A stretch of DNA of 64,000 bases from Eledone cirrhosa (taxonomy: Eukaryota): contig OZ024752.1 in assembly GCA_964016885.1 (NCBI GenBank), forward strand, positions 38,130,001-38,194,000, written 5' to 3'. The translations under genes and the position numbers were made by a program. The notes below the pieces were generated by a model. It was not told the origin of the DNA. It saw only the letters and a program-made list of their open reading frames with translations, and did not search any database. Shown here in pieces: positions 12,001-26,979 of the stretch (positions within the stretch are counted from its first letter, which is position 1; each line of letters starts with the position of its first letter).

Positions 12001-15000
12001 ATCTGCTGTGTTTAGACCTGGAGAGATGGGCTCTGCCAGGTTTTAAAATGCCTTAGAAACACTGTATGTCAATACGGCGCCCCGCCGACTCCCTTAAGAG
12101 TTACGGGACCATCTATCCATCCATCCATTCTTAGGATATCTATCAAAACTTAGCTGTTCTTTTATCTCTCTTCACTATCGTTAAGAGTTCAGTGTGCACT
12201 CGTTGAACTGGCTGGTCTATTTATTTGTTGTCTAAATCAGTGTCATCTGGCTAAAAAAGATGGTGCATATGACCGTCGAACTAACTCACGACACAGCACA
12301 GCACGTTATAACGGAAGTGTTGAATTTCTCTGTTTTCGCCTCATATCATAAGATGTATTCCATTGTTGGGAGTTACCGCAGTGGAATGACTAGAAGAAAA
12401 TACCTAGACGCCTGCTGCATGAAAAAAAATAATAAAGTGGGCTCTTATATTTTAAATGGAGTGAGTGTTGATATACTAAATGTGATTCACTTTATTTAGT
12501 ATATTAGCTTCCACTTTACTATGTATATATTGGTACTTTCCTATCATGCCCATCCCCTGGATTGGTAGAATCGTTAGAACGTCGGACAAATGTTTCGCAA
12601 TTTTTTTATTCCGCTTCTTTACGTTCTGAGTTCAAATCCTGCTGATATCAACTTTGCATTTCATCCTTTCGAGGTCTTCTTTTTCGCCCATTTATTCCCG
12701 AGAGGATCGTGGGAGAAGAGTGCTCAAACACTCCTTCCAGCGAGTCAATAAAATAAATTTGTCCCACAGTTTAAACTGTTTGTATTGTCTTTTGCTAACG
12801 ATAAATGCTTTTTGTCTTTCATCCTTACGGGGTCGATAAAATATAGTACCAGTAATGCACTGGGCAATTGCTGGCCTTGTGCCAAAAGTAGAAACAATTA
12901 TTTTCAATTACATAGATTGGTAGGAGCGTTGGACAAAATGCTTTGCAGTATAGAGTTACAGCCCTTTGCGTTCTGGATTCAAACCCCGCCGAGGTTATCT
13001 TTGCTTTACATCTTTACGGAGTCGATAAAATAAAGTGCCATACAAAAGACAATATAGGCAGCGATAAGTGAATATAAAAATAACATTAAAAAAAAGTCAA
13101 ATGTTATCATATGTCAATGAGAAACTTAACACTTCACTCTCGTATTCTCACATCTTCGTATTCTCTCACAGATGAAGAGAGCAACAAAAAAATTGTTTTG
13201 TTTCAATTATGCGAGTTTTAACAAGTCATAAAGAAAGGAAGGTGGCTAAGAAATTAGTTACTGTTAAGAATGGAAATATTACAGAGCCAAAAAAAAACAA
13301 CAAAACCTTAATCTTTGGTGGCACAATAAAAAAAAAAAAAAATACAAAATATATTATAATTAAGATTGATTGTTAATAGTCCTGATGAGATTAATATTTT
13401 AACTGAAAAACGAACAAGACAAAACATGCTTCAATACATTCTTTGTTTCGTTGTCATTTTTTTACATTTAATGTTAAATTATATAAATTTTAAGTATTCA
13501 ACAGTTTGATTTTACCTCAACGGAATTAGATAGTTAAAATTCATAGTAATAAATTAGATAGTAACATGTGCTTACGCTGTATTTGACTAAATAAAATTAG
13601 TCTGTTAGGGAATGTTTAAAAAAGGACGAGTATTGACGCACACGGAACACGGACTTAGCTAAAACAGTCATTCCCAAATCATAGGTCTGTTCGTTAGATC
13701 TGACTTGGGCCTAAACAACAACAACGATATATAGATAAGCTTAACAAAACTTATCATCAACCCTTTGCTGTACTTGAGAACACAGGAAGCTTAGTTGTTG
13801 ATTTGATAAATTGTAGATCAATTTTCATTGTTGTTAAGTCCAATGTTCGCCTTGACAGTATAGATTTGTGATCAAAGTCGTTCCAGCTCTGATTAAACCA
13901 ACTTCATTTAGTTAGGAAAGTTAGTTTCTAATCTAAGTAGTATAGTTTTAGTTTCGTTATATACAAAAAGGGTGGCGGATTGGCAGTATCGGTAGGGGGT
14001 CGGACGCCATGCTTTCCAGCATAGTTACGTTTCTTTATGATCTGAGTTCAAATCCCGCCGAGGTTAACTTTGCCTTTCATCCTTACGGGGTCGATAAAAT
14101 AAAGTACCAGTAATGCACTGGAATAATTGCTGGCCTTGTGTCTAAAGTAGAAACAATTATTTATTGTGACAAACATTGACAAATGTAAGAAAGAGTGACC
14201 TGCCCCTGAAGTTCAGGTCTTGTTACCTGCCACTCAATCATTTGCTACAATTAGAAATCTTCCAATTCCCAGGCTCTAGGTTCTATTCCTAGAGTTGTCC
14301 CTGTCTATCATAATTGTTTCTACTTTTTTGGCGCAAGGCCAGCAATTATCCCAGTGCATCACCGGTGCTTTATTCTATCGACCCCGTAAGGATGAAAGAC
14401 AAAGTTAACCTCGGCGGGATTTGAACTCATAACTCTATGCTGCAAAGCATGGTTTCTGACGCTCTACCGATACTGCCAATGATGATTTCTCCAAATTTAT
14501 TTATACATTTAATCTTATGTCATCTGTACATAGATACATACTCAACATTTATATTAGTATATCCTAGAAATAAATTATTACAACATCGTATCAGTAGAGA
14601 GTCAGACAGCATGCTTTGCAGCATAGAGTTACGGCCCTTTATTTTCTGAGTTAAATCCCACCGAGGTTAGTTTTGCCTTTCAATCCTTACGGGATCAATA
14701 AAATAAAGGGATCAATAAAATAAAGTCGATTAATCAACCCCCCCCCCCCCCCCCCCCCAAAAAAAAGAAAAACTGCTGGCCTTGTACCAAAATGTTGAAA
14801 CAATTATTTTTAATCACTTCCACGTGTCAATAATCAACATCAAGCATCTACGAGGTTTCGTTGTGCAAACTATTAATTTATCAAAACAGAAATTTCCCAG
14901 TTTGTCTGATTATTTCATCTACCCTGCTCTACATGGCACGCATTTCCCGGACACCCAAACATTAAATACATTCAACGCAATTGCCTATTGCCGTCATTAT

Positions 15001-17602
15001 TGAGGACATAGATCCACTGGTAAGTAGTTTCCATGTTTGACATTTTCTTCGACAACAATTAGCATTTGCCTCCTCCTTCATCTCATGTTTTAACTCTCCC
15101 CCACCCCTTTCTCTCTCTCTATAAATATATATATATATATGTGTGTGTGTGTGTATGTATGTATGTATATGTGTATGTATGTACCTCTTTCTTTACCTAT
15201 CTTTCTTTCTCCCCCTCTCTCAATCCAGCTCCCTTCTCTCTCCTGCTCAGTACAACCCCCCCCTCCAACCACCACCACCACCACCACCACCACCATCCAT
15301 CAACTAACATTCCTTAAGCACAACAGAATCAACAAATAAATAAATAAATAAGTGATCTGTTATTTAGCCATTTATTTATAGAAATGTTTCCAAGAGAATT
15401 GCAGGACTTTAATTCACTCTCTAAAAAAAACATTTTTACAGAATAAAAGATAATTGTTTCTACTATTGGCTCAAGGCCGACAATTATCTCAGTACATTAC
15501 TGGTACCTTATTTTATCGACCCCGACCCCGTAAGGATGAAAGGCAAAGTTAACCTCGGCGGGATTTGAACTCAGATTGTCAAGGGCCGTAACTCTATGCG
15601 TCAAAGTATGGCGTCCGACCCTCTACCGATACTGCCAATTCACCAGACGTGTTATCTTGTTGTGGGCAATATATATATTAAAAAACAAATCATACACAAA
15701 ACGCCAGCACCAACAGTTTTGCAAGAGATGTCAACATGAATGGACCTATTATTTTTATCTAAATACATTTTTTCCAATTCCATCCTGCCCATCTCCTCAA
15801 TCTATTTTATTACTCATAAAAAGATAATGGTTTCTGATTTAGGCACAAGACCATCAATTTTTGTGGGGGGGGGGGGGGAGTTGATTGAATTAACCCTAGT
15901 GTGTTACTGGTACTTTGTTTTATCAGCCCTGTAAATTGATGAAAGGCAAAGTTAACGGTCAGGATTCGAATGTCTTTAATTAAAGGTCTGCTCAATTAGG
16001 AGTGACATGGGGTGCTAAACAACAACAACAACTGCCACCACCACCGGCCTTGCTTCCAGGTTTGGAATGTCATCTCTAGTTCAGCTATAGATTCGACTAT
16101 AAGGGTTAGGTCATCAGCATACAGAAGTTCCCATGGGCAACCAGTCTTAAACTCCTCCGTTAGTTGAGGAAGGTCACTGAATCATAGATATTAATGACTC
16201 ATAACATCAAGTTAAGGAAAAAAACCTGTTGTTCGATCTAATATAAATAGCTTAGTCAAACAATATATTAGTGACATAGAAACACTGAAGTGATACAAAG
16301 CATATCAATGAGTTCATATAAACAGAGGTGTAACTGGGGGAAATAGTGCCTATAGTAGCAGTGAACTTGACCCCTTGCCCAAATTACCTATGGGCTTAAC
16401 CCTTTAATGTTCAAACCGGCCAGAATTCTCTACCTTTTTCTGTTGTAACTGGCTGTAACTGTTTACTCAAACTGATGTTAAGGTATTGTTCTCAAAATAA
16501 ATACTTTCAAAATCTCATAGATTCGATATTATGTGAGATAAAGTCTTTACCATGAAAATACAATAGTATATATAGAATATGGGCTTAATCGTGTCTCCTT
16601 CGTCATCCTCTGGGGCAATGTCTACTCCATCCTGTTGGCTGGGACCACGGTAGGGGTAGGTGGCACTCTTCAGACGAAAGGGTTAATAGTGATGACACAC
16701 ACACACACACCCACATACACACACACATTTACATACACACATACTCACATACACATACTCACATACACACAAACTCACCTCTCTCTCTCTCTTTCTCTCT
16801 CACACACAACAATAATTGAATCTCATTTTGTTGTCTCTATTCTGTTTTGTTTGCTGTTATTGATGCTTCTTGTTCAAAGAAAAGATATAAAATAATTGTT
16901 TCTACTTTTGGTACAAGGCCAGCAATTATCCCAGTGTATTACTGGTGTTATATTTTATCGACTCCGTAAGGATGAAAGGCAAAGTTAACCTCGGGATTTG
17001 AACTTAGACCTTAAAAGGCCATAGTAGTTTGGTGTCAGTTGTAAAAGAAAGTTAGTTATATTTGTATAAATGATTTAATAATCCAACCACCATTGTGTTT
17101 CTCACCCATGATAATCAAAGACAGATCATACATCTTCACGTGACACACATAGCATTTGCCATGCGTGCCATATTCTAGTTACACCTCTGCATATAAAGCA
17201 ACTTGGTAGACTACATCTCATTAATATAAAGGTGAAAAATCGTTGTTTTTATCCCATTGAAACACAAGCTATAAATAAAACTTTATGAAAGCTCACAACT
17301 TGACAATCACCATATATTTAAACAATGGTCTTTATATTTTGGGAAACAAGCAAGGCCATCTTTAGAACTTGGGGCCCAGGGCATTTCAGTTTTGGGGGCC
17401 CTAGGGCAGTTCAAGTTTGGGTGGGAGCCTAGGGATGTTCCTAGAGGAGACCCTGTTTAACAAGTGGTGCCCACCACATTTGTCCCCCTCCATCTCTGAT
17501 GAATCCACCCCTGGATACAAGTTATTTCTTAAGCTGTATCAAAAAAACAAAATGGAGTTGATTGTTAAAATCATTTCATTTCACTAACAGTGTCAATGTA
17601 CA

Positions 17603-17942
17603 AGGGTCAGCTGAAAAGTTCATAGGCTAACCAAGATACTCTCATGAAATGACCAAATGAGGTTTATTTTTCAACATAGTCTCTGGAAAGAAACAATGAA
17701 GTTATTAATGAGAAGAGTTGAAATTAATGCATGCAAGATTTCACAGCTCTAGCATAACTCCTTCATAGGCTGACCAAGATACTCTCATGGAATGACCAAA
17801 TAAGGTTCATTTTTCAACATAGTCCCTGGAAAGAAACAATGAAGTTATTGATAAGAAGAGTTGAAATGAATACATGCAATATTTCACAGCTCTAGCATCC
17901 CTCCTTCATAGATAGCCTATGAACTTTTCAGCCTACCCTTGT
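17603..17942. mobile_element. mariner-type MITE with internal duplication
   Basis: TA-CAAGGGTCAGCTGAAAAGTTCATAGGCT...AGCCTATGAACTTTTCAGCCTACCCTTG-TA; relatives near 6517, 8003, 23740 and 31540. Confidence 0.75.
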
Positions 17943-19168
17943 AAATAAAACTATCTCTTTCAAAAGCTTACAACTTGACAATTTCCGTATATTTTAACAA
18001 TGGTCTTTGAATTTGCAAATACAAGTTATTTCTTAAGCTGTGTCCTAAAAATTTAGTTGATCGTTAAAATCATTTCCTTTTACTAACAGTGTCAATGTAA
18101 TTTCTTTAGGAAATAGAGTGTTTTTGTCATAGAGTGAGTAACAAACTATTATTGATTCACTAAACAGCCAGTCATTAGATCACTCAAATAAGATCCGTAT
18201 TCAGAACAATAAGGTGATAATATTAATTTTCTTTTGAGAATTATTCCAATTTTGTTTTTTTCTCACAAATTCGTTGTTTCATCTTGAAATGCATGGATTA
18301 TCTTTGTCAATACTTAGAAGTATTTTCTTTTGACAATAATACAAATCTATTTACATTGTGACGTATCAAGATCTTTATGACGAAAGCATGACGTCTATAT
18401 AGAATAAATAATGTATAATAATTCAACAGGAAAATAATAATGATGATAATAATAATAATTGTTTCTACTTTGGGCATAAGACCAGCAATTACCCAGTACA
18501 TTACTGGTACTTTATTTTATCGACCCTTAAGGATGAAAGGCATAGTTAACCTCGGCAGGATTTGAACTCAGAACGTAAAGGGCTATGACTCTATGGTGCA
18601 AAGCATGGCGTCTGATGCTCTATAGTCATTTCAACTATAGTCACAAGGCCACCAAATCTGGGGGAGGGGAAAGTCGATTAAATCAACCCCAGTGTGTTAC
18701 TGGTACTTTATTCTATCGACTCCGTAAGGATGAAAGACAAAGCTAACCTCGGTGTGATTTGAACACAGAATGTAAAGGGACGTAACTCTATGCTGTGAAG
18801 CATGGTGTCCAACGCTCTACCGATAATGCCAACGACACTGTTTTTGTTTTTCTTGTGACGAGATTATCAACATTTTATATCGGACATATTTTAACATTGC
18901 CTTTATTGTTTAACTATCACTGAATGAGCCCAATAAGGAATCTCACTTAACTAGGCCAATGTTGAGTGACCACTTCCGTTGTCAAGTATAGTCACTTTAT
19001 TAATAGCACCGATTTATTTTAAAGTTTTCTCACAAAAAATAATTTATTGGTGAACAGAGTAATTTTGGCAAATCCCAGCGAATCAAGTTCGAATTTCAGT
19101 TTCAATATATAAAACAAAATAGAAATACATATATATAATACATATACATAATATATATATATAATCAT

Positions 19169-19505
19169 GGAGGCACATGGCTTAGTGGTTAGAGCATTGG
19201 CCTTGCAATTGAAAGGTTGTGAGTTCAATTCTCAGACCGGGTGATGTGTTGTTTCCTTGAGCAAGACACTTTATTTCACATTGCTCCAGTTTACTCAGCT
19301 GTAGAAATGAGATGATAGGGACTGGGGTCCCTATCATTCCACTGTAAAGTGGTCGTGTAGGTGCCACGGTAAAAAAGCACCCAGCACTCACTGTAAATGA
19401 GGTTGGTGTTAGGAAGGGCATCCAGCTGTAGAAATCAAGCCAGAATCAGTTCCTGTCCCACCCTTGCAAGCAGGGAAAAAGCGGACGTAAAATGAAATGA
19501 ATGAT
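19169..19505 (+). mobile_element. tRNA-derived CORE-type SINE with RTE-derived 3' end
   Basis: A-box TGGCTTAGTGG, B-box GAGTTCAATTC, CORE-like TCCTTGAGCAAGACACTTTA, 3' end shared with the RTE 3'UTR. Confidence 0.85.
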
Positions 19506-19516
19506 ATATATATATA

Positions 19517-19944
19517 TCATCATCATCATCATCATCAACGTTTAACGTCCGTGTTCCACGCTTGCATGGGTTTGGACGGGGGTAGTCCCACTTGAGGCAA
19601 GAGTGATTGTCTTGCTCGCATAGGACTATCTGGCAGGTTTTCTACAGTTGGATGCCCTTCCTAACACCAACCACATTTACAGTGTGGGTCTGGGAGGTTT
19701 TTACCGTGTTGCCTACACGGCCACATTACAGCGTGGACTGTGTGTTTTTTTGTCGTGACACCTACACGATCTCATTTGTTTCGGCCTGGATGGCGCGGCA
19801 CCAACATAACTTTACATAGAACGGGGTGGTGTGGATGGGGTGGGGGTGGTGGTGGTGGGACGGGGTGTATTTTGTTAGAGATGCCTACTGGCTGTAGTAG
19901 GTTTTACTATGTATTTAGGTAAGGCGGGTCTTCTCTGTTACTGA
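19517..19944 (-). mobile_element. RTE LINE 3'UTR copy
   Basis: Reverse complement of about 37440-37870. Confidence 0.88.
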
Positions 19945-20135
19945 GATATATATATATATATATGAAATAGTTCAGTAATCTAAGACTTGTGAATTAACCT
20001 AATATTTCTTTCACTGAAAGGTTACCTGACCACAGAACTGATGAAGTTTATATAATTAATGACTTCAGGATTATAAACAGTCCCAGAGCCGTCTGGAAAA
20101 TATAATACATTAAAACAAGGAAAAGTGGGTGTAAA

Positions 20136-20722
20136 ATGGTGATGGTGATGATGATAATAATGATGATGGTGGTGGTGGTGGTAGTGGTGGTGGGCATGAT
20201 GATGGTGGTGGTGCTGATGATGATGGTGGTGGTGATGGGCATCATGGTGATGTTGATGATGATGGTAGTGGTGGGCATGGTGGTGGTGGTGATGATGGCG
20301 GTGGTGATGGTGGTGGTGCTGTTGTTGGTGGTGGTGGTGATGATGGTGGTGATGGTGGTGGTGGTGGTGATGGTGGTGGTGGTGGTGCTGGTGGTGGTGG
20401 TGGTGATGATGATGGTGGTGCTGGTGGTGATGATGGTGGTGGTGGTGGTGGTGATGATGGCGGTGACGGTGGTGATGGTGGTGGTGATGATGGTGGTGCT
20501 GGTGGTGGTGGTGGTGATGATGGTGGTGATGGTGGTGGTGGTGATGATGGTGGTGTTGATGGTGGTGGTGATGGTGGTGGTGCTGGTGGTGGTGGTGGTG
20601 GTGGTGGTGGTGATGATGGTGGTGCTGGTGGTGGTGGTGCTGGTGGTGGTGGTGGTGATGATGGCGGTGACGGTGGTGGTGGTGGTGGTGATGATGATTA
20701 CGATGTTGGCGATGATGATGAT
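20136..20722. repeat. (GGT/GAT)n trinucleotide array
   Basis: Direct reading. Confidence 0.95.
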
Positions 20723-21454
20723 TGAACCAAATCATTCAACAAGATCTCAGACCTCGGTCAGTTATCGAGTGGGGTGGAACTCATCAAATTAGACTAAAGA
20801 GACAATGTTTTTTTCCATTAATCTTTCTATTGGTGATACTATCTGATATATTTATACATATATATATATATCAGATATATATAAATAAAAGGTATAGAAA
20901 GTATTGTAGCAAGAAGCCAACAGTATTCCATAATATATAAGTGACTATAGCGTCAAAATGGGAAAATAGTTAACGTAAGATGTGGGAAATATCAGATAAC
21001 TGGGTTATATAAAGTATGATAATTGTTTCTACTTTTGGCACAAGGCCAGCAATTATCCCAGTGCATTACTGGTACTTTATTTTATCGACCCCGTAAGGAT
21101 GAAAGGCAAAGTTAACCTCGGCGGGATTTGAAATCAGTGATCATTGAGTAAAGAAATGTCAGCAAATGCCAGAGGAAAGAAGCCGTAGTAGAGATAGACT
21201 AATGTGAAAACTAGATACTCATGTTAGTTAGTGTGTGTGTGCACCATAGCAGATGTATGGTATTGTGTGGTGGTGTGTAATATCATCATCATCATCATCA
21301 TCATCGTTTAATGTCTATCTTCCACACTAGCATGGTTTAGACGGGATTGTCCCACTTGAGACAAGATTGGTCGGGTGACCATGTCTCGCTCATATAGGAC
21401 TGTATCTGGCAGGTTTTTCTATGGCTGCATGCCCTTTCTAACATCAACCACATT

Positions 21455-22095
21455 TACAGTGTCGACTGGGAGTCTTTTTACCGTGTCTCCTACACGACCT
21501 CTTTACAGTGTGGACTGGGAGGCTTTTTACAGTGTCTCCTACACGACCTTTTTACAGTGTGGACTGGGAGGCTTTTTACCGTGTCTCCTACACAACCTTT
21601 TTACAGTGTGGACTGGGAGGCTTTTTACCATGTCTCCTACACAACCTCTTTACAGTGTGGACTGGGAGTCTTTTTACCGTGTCTCCTACACAACCTCTTT
21701 ACAGTGTGGACTGGGAGGCTTTTACCGTGTCTCCTACACAACCTCTTTACAGTGTGGACTGGGAGTCTTTTTACCGTGTCTCCTACACAACCTTTTTACA
21801 GTGTGGACTGGGAGTCTTTTTACCATGTCTCCTACACAACCTCTTTACAGTGTGGACTGGGAGTCTTTTTACCATGTCTCCTACACAACCTTTTTACAGT
21901 GTGGACTGGGAGTCTTTTTACCATGTCTCCTACACAACCTCTTTACAGTGTGGACTGGGAGGCTTTTTACCGTGTCTCCTATACAACCTCTTTACAGTGT
22001 GGACTGGGGGGCTTTTACCGTGTCTCCTATACGACCACTTTACAGCGTGGTCTGAGTGCTTTTTGTCGTGACACCTACACAACCACTTTACAAGA
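21455..22095. repeat. 39-40-bp minisatellite inside an RTE 3'UTR copy (copy starts near 21283, minus strand)
   Basis: TTTACAGTGTGGACTGGGAG...CCTACACAACC repeated about 14 times. Confidence 0.9.
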
Positions 22096-22453
22096 CATTT
22101 TAATATTTATTAAGGGTATGGAGTTGAGTAGTATAGTTAGGTTGGGATTGATTGGGTGTGTACTTAATTTTGTCCTTAAAACCGCTCTTTAGGAGTGCTC
22201 GGTTGTAGTATGGTGCACCTTATCAAATATCTCCCTAGATTTTTAAAAACTGTGGCAGCAAGGGGTCTTGATACTTTATATATTTCAATTCATTGTTAGG
22301 TTTATATGAAGTGGTGGTCTTTAGACTATGAGGAAATGCAGACCCCAAGCCATTGGTAGGTTTAGAAAGGAGCTATTACTTTTTTAAAAGATTTCAGCCT
22401 TTCCATTCTAGTGAACACCAACATGTCTGTAGTGAATTTGCTACACACACACA

Positions 22454-22519
<66 letters not shown>

Positions 22520-22576
22520 GCAAAGAAGTAAAAATCAAAAACAATAACAAGGAGTGCAGTTACGAAATATATATAT

Positions 22577-22917
22577 AGGCACATGGCTTAGTGGTTAGAG
22601 CATTGGCCTTGCAATCAAAAGGTCGTGAGTTCAATTCTCAGACCGGGTGATGTGTTGTTTCCTTGAGCAAGAGACTTTATTTCACATTGCTCCAGTTTAC
22701 TCAGCTGTAGAAATGAGATGATAGGGACTGGGGTCCATATCATTCCACTGCAAAGTGGTCGTGGAGGTGCCACGGCAAAAAAGCACCCAGCACTCACTGT
22801 AAATGAGGTTGGTGTTAGGAAGGGCATCCAGCTGTAGAAATCAAACCAGAATCATTTCCCGTCCCACCCTTGCAAGCAGGGAAAAGCGGACGTAAAAATG
22901 ATGTTGATGATGATGAT
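22577..22917 (+). mobile_element. CORE-type SINE copy
   Basis: Near-identical to 19169-19505. Confidence 0.85.
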
Positions 22918-23739
22918 ATAGGACTAGAACTGTTTCATTCAAATGAAACAGTTCTAGTCCTGTAGAAGCCATTTCTATATTAAATATTTATACTCTGCTA
23001 TGTATTGAGTACCTTATTTACTGTGGTTACCCCTGATTGAACCCAGAATACACACACACACACATATATATATATATATGTATGAGAGAGAGAGAGAGAG
23101 AGCATAGTGCTGACATGAACTGAAAAAAATCTAGAACTCGACCCCCACCTGCCCTCTCCTTTTTTTTTTTTCTGTTTTACTTAAAATTGTGTTTCATGAA
23201 CTCTAAATGAATATTTTAGAATGATTTTATCAGATCATAGCATTTGTGTGACAGACAGACAAAAACTCCTATACAATCATTGTAATATAGATTTAACTAT
23301 TCTCTGTCAGGTTGCACTTGGTTGTAAAATCAATTCCTAGTGTTTTATTTTATATTAGTTTATATGTAGGAAAAGAAACACAAAATCAGCTTTTCATTTC
23401 ATTGTTTTTCTCAGCTAAACTTTCCATATGCTTTTGTGACAACCTCCCTTTCTCACAACATGCTGTAATATTAGTAGAGTCCTACGGTACATAATTGTAA
23501 CCACTAATGGAAATGGCTTTTAAGATCTAGGAGTACACTAATGTCCAGGGGGCTGAGGAAGGAAGTGAGGTAGATGCAATAAGCCCACCCCACTCCCGAT
23601 CCCAACCTCCAGGCCCAATCTCGCCTGCAAATTGAAAAGTAAGGGAATGCTGTCCCCCATTTCCATCACTGATTGTAATAAAGTCTTGTCTTATATTATA
23701 ATTACATTCACACCTAGGTTGTATTAAAGGTATATATGA

Positions 23740-24260
23740 AGCTAGCTGAAAAGTTCATAGGCTGACTCTGAAAGAGTGATGCTAGAACTGTGAAATCTTG
23801 CATGCATTAATTTCAACTCTTCTTATTAATAACTGCATTGTTTCTTTTCAGAGACTATGTTGAAAAATAAACCTCATTTGGTCATTCCATGAGAGTATCT
23901 TGGTCAGCCAATGAACTTTTCAGCCATCCCTCATAAAATAACTGCATTGTTTCTTTCCAGGGACTATGTTGAAAAATAAACCTCATTTTGTCATTCCATG
24001 AGAGTATCTTGGTCAGCCAATGAACTTTTCAGCCATCCCTCATAAAATAACTGCATTGTTTCTTTCCAGGGACTATATTGAAAAATAAACCTCATTTGGT
24101 CATTCCATGAGAGTATCTTGGTCAGCCAATGAACTTTTCAGCCGACCCTCATAAAATAACTGCATTGTTTCTTTCCAGGGACTATATTGAAAAATAAACC
24201 TCATTTGGTCATTCCATGAGAGCATCTTGGTCAGCCAATGAACTTTTCAGCCGACCCTCA
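23740..24260. repeat. About 110-bp x 4 tandem array of the same MITE's right end
   Basis: AATAACTGCATTGTTTCT...GAACTTTTCAGCC repeated. Confidence 0.88.
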
Positions 24261-25640
24261 TATATTAACTCTAGTCCTTCACTGGAACTTCATTTTATTG
24301 TTCCTGGAAAGTTCAAAGACAAATTGTCTTCAGTGGGATTTGAACTCAGAAGATGAAGGGCTATAACTAAATGCTCCAGACTGGCCTGTCTGATGCTTTA
24401 ACAACTGTCAGTTCACTACTTATATTTGGCTATCACTATATTTTATTGATCCTGGAAGTTTTTAATCTATTTTTTTTTCACAAACAACAAACTCTATCAA
24501 CTAATTGCTTTCACCATCTACATATGTGTGTGTGTGTATGTACGTATGTATGTATGTATGTATGTGTGTATGGGTGTGTGTGTGTATGTATGTAGGTAGG
24601 TAGGTATGTGTGTGTGTATATATGTGTATGTGTGCATGTGGGTGTGTATGTGTGTAGGAATGTGGATGTATGGATAGGTGTGTATGTATGTGTGTGTGTG
24701 TGTATGTATGCATGCATGTATGGTCCTGTAATTCCTGAGGGAGTCGTAGGGGTGCCATATTGACATTCAGCGTTTCTAGGGCATTTTTTAAACCTGGCAG
24801 AGGCCATTTCCTCCCCAGGCCTAAATACAGCAGATTTCTTCCAGAGCAGGATAGAGCGAGTCAGAAAATGGAAGTTTTCTCACGGCGGGACAACTTATCT
24901 AATCCATGCTGGCATGGGAAATGGACATTAAATGATGATGATGATGATATATAAATATGCATTGTTTGGTGCATCTGATTATTTCAGTTTCATCCAAAAT
25001 CGATATATATATATATATATAACTATATGCCTATCATTTTATTATTATACAGTAAATCATTTGTGGAGATACACACACATACCATATGTAGAAATACCAT
25101 GTAATGATATTACTTCTGGTTAACAAACAAAATGTGTGAAAACACCATATTTTTCACAGTAAGTCATGCATATCATAATTTTAACAACAAATAAGTCATG
25201 CATATCATAATTCTAACAATAAGTCATGCATGCCATGCATTCTAATTCTGATTCTTCACTGCAAGAAATGTTTTATCTTGTGTCTTTCAAAATCAATATT
25301 TTCATTTAATTTTTTTAAAATTCTTACTCTTTTTTCATTGAAATGGTATCTGAGGTCAACAAGAAAGAGTGGTTACAATCACAGGTGTAACTAAGGTATA
25401 GCAAGCATGGCATGTGCCATGGGCACTACGTGGACTAGGAGTATTTTCCACGAAAGTCAGATAGACTATCTGATATTGGAGAGTGATTAAAATAAACTTC
25501 TTCAGATATATGATCTGTCTTTGATTATCATGGGTGAGAAGAAGCACTGTGGTGGCTGGATCATTAAGCCATTTATATAAATTGATCCATAGGTATTTGC
25601 CCAACTCTTCACCAACTTGTATTTCTTTCTCCAGACCTCA

Positions 25641-26400
25641 AGAGGCCATCATTAAGATCCCACCCATGATATCTTCTATGGGAGGCCATCATTAAGATCC
25701 CACCCATGATATATTCTATGAGAGGCCATCATTAAGATCCCACCCATGATACATTCTATGGGAGGCCATCATGAAGACCTCAACCATGATATATTCTATG
25801 GGAGGCCATCATTAAGACCTCAACCATGATATATTCTATGAGAGGCCATCATTAAGATCTCATCCAAGATATATTCTATGAGAGGCTATCATGAAGATCT
25901 CAACCATGATATATTCTATGAGAGGCTATCATGAAAATCCCATCCATGGTATATTCTATGGGAAGCCATCATTAAGATCTCATCCAAGATATATTCTATG
26001 AGAGCTCATCATTAAGATCTCATCCAAGATATATTCTATGAGAGGCCATCATTAAGATCTCAACCATGATATATTCTATGAGAGGCTATCATGAAGACCT
26101 CAACCATGATATATTCTATGAGAGGCTATCATTAAGATCTCATCCATGATATATTCTATGAGAGGCTATCATGAAGATCTCAACCATGATATATTCTATG
26201 AGAGGCCATCATTAAGATCTCATCCAAGATATATTCTATGAGAGCCCATCATTAAGATCTCATCCAAGATATATTCTATGAGAGGCTATCATGAAAATCC
26301 CATCCATGGTATATTCTATGAGAGGCCATCATTAAGATTTCATCCAAGATATATTCTATGGGAGGCCATCATTAAGACCTGAACCATGATATATTCTATG
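25641..26400. repeat. 40-bp minisatellite, about 19 copies
   Basis: GAGGCCATCATTAAGATCTCATCCAAGATATATTCTATGA. Confidence 0.93.
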
Positions 26401-26574
26401 GCAGTTATCCAATGAATTTCATTGACCGCATTGATTAAACATGACTCAAATGAAACATCTGCTATTTTTTCTCCTTCCATTTCTTTTGTTTCATTATTCA
26501 ATAACATTAAACAGCTTGTTTCTCTTTCTTCTCTCATGTTCGCCTTCTTCATTTCACCTGTTCTGGTTATGTGG

Positions 26575-26936
26575 GTGGACAGATGGACGGGCAGACGAGC
26601 TGACAGACAGACTGACTGAAGGACAGATAAACATACTGACAGACAGACGGATAGACAGAAAGACAGACAGACAGATAGATGAACAGTTGAACAGGCTGAC
26701 AAACAGACTGAGAGACAGACTGACATACAGGTGAAAGGACAGACAGACAGATTGATGGACAAATGGACAGGCAGATGGACAGACTGACAGGCAGACGGGT
26801 GGACAGGCAGAAGGGTGGACAAGTGGACAGACAGACAGACAGACACATTATACGTCTATGACTGTTTTATAATAAATTATAACTTTTAAATAAAACAATT
26901 CACATGAAATGTTGTTGTTTTCTGTTGAGTGTGTGA

Positions 26937-26979
<43 letters not shown>

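Noticed and set aside
19169-19245. tRNA genes at SINE heads
   Set aside because: A/B boxes run straight into SINE bodies in many copies; no convincing cloverleaf.
20022-20792. Poly-His ORF
   Set aside because: (GGT/GAT)n microsatellite translation.
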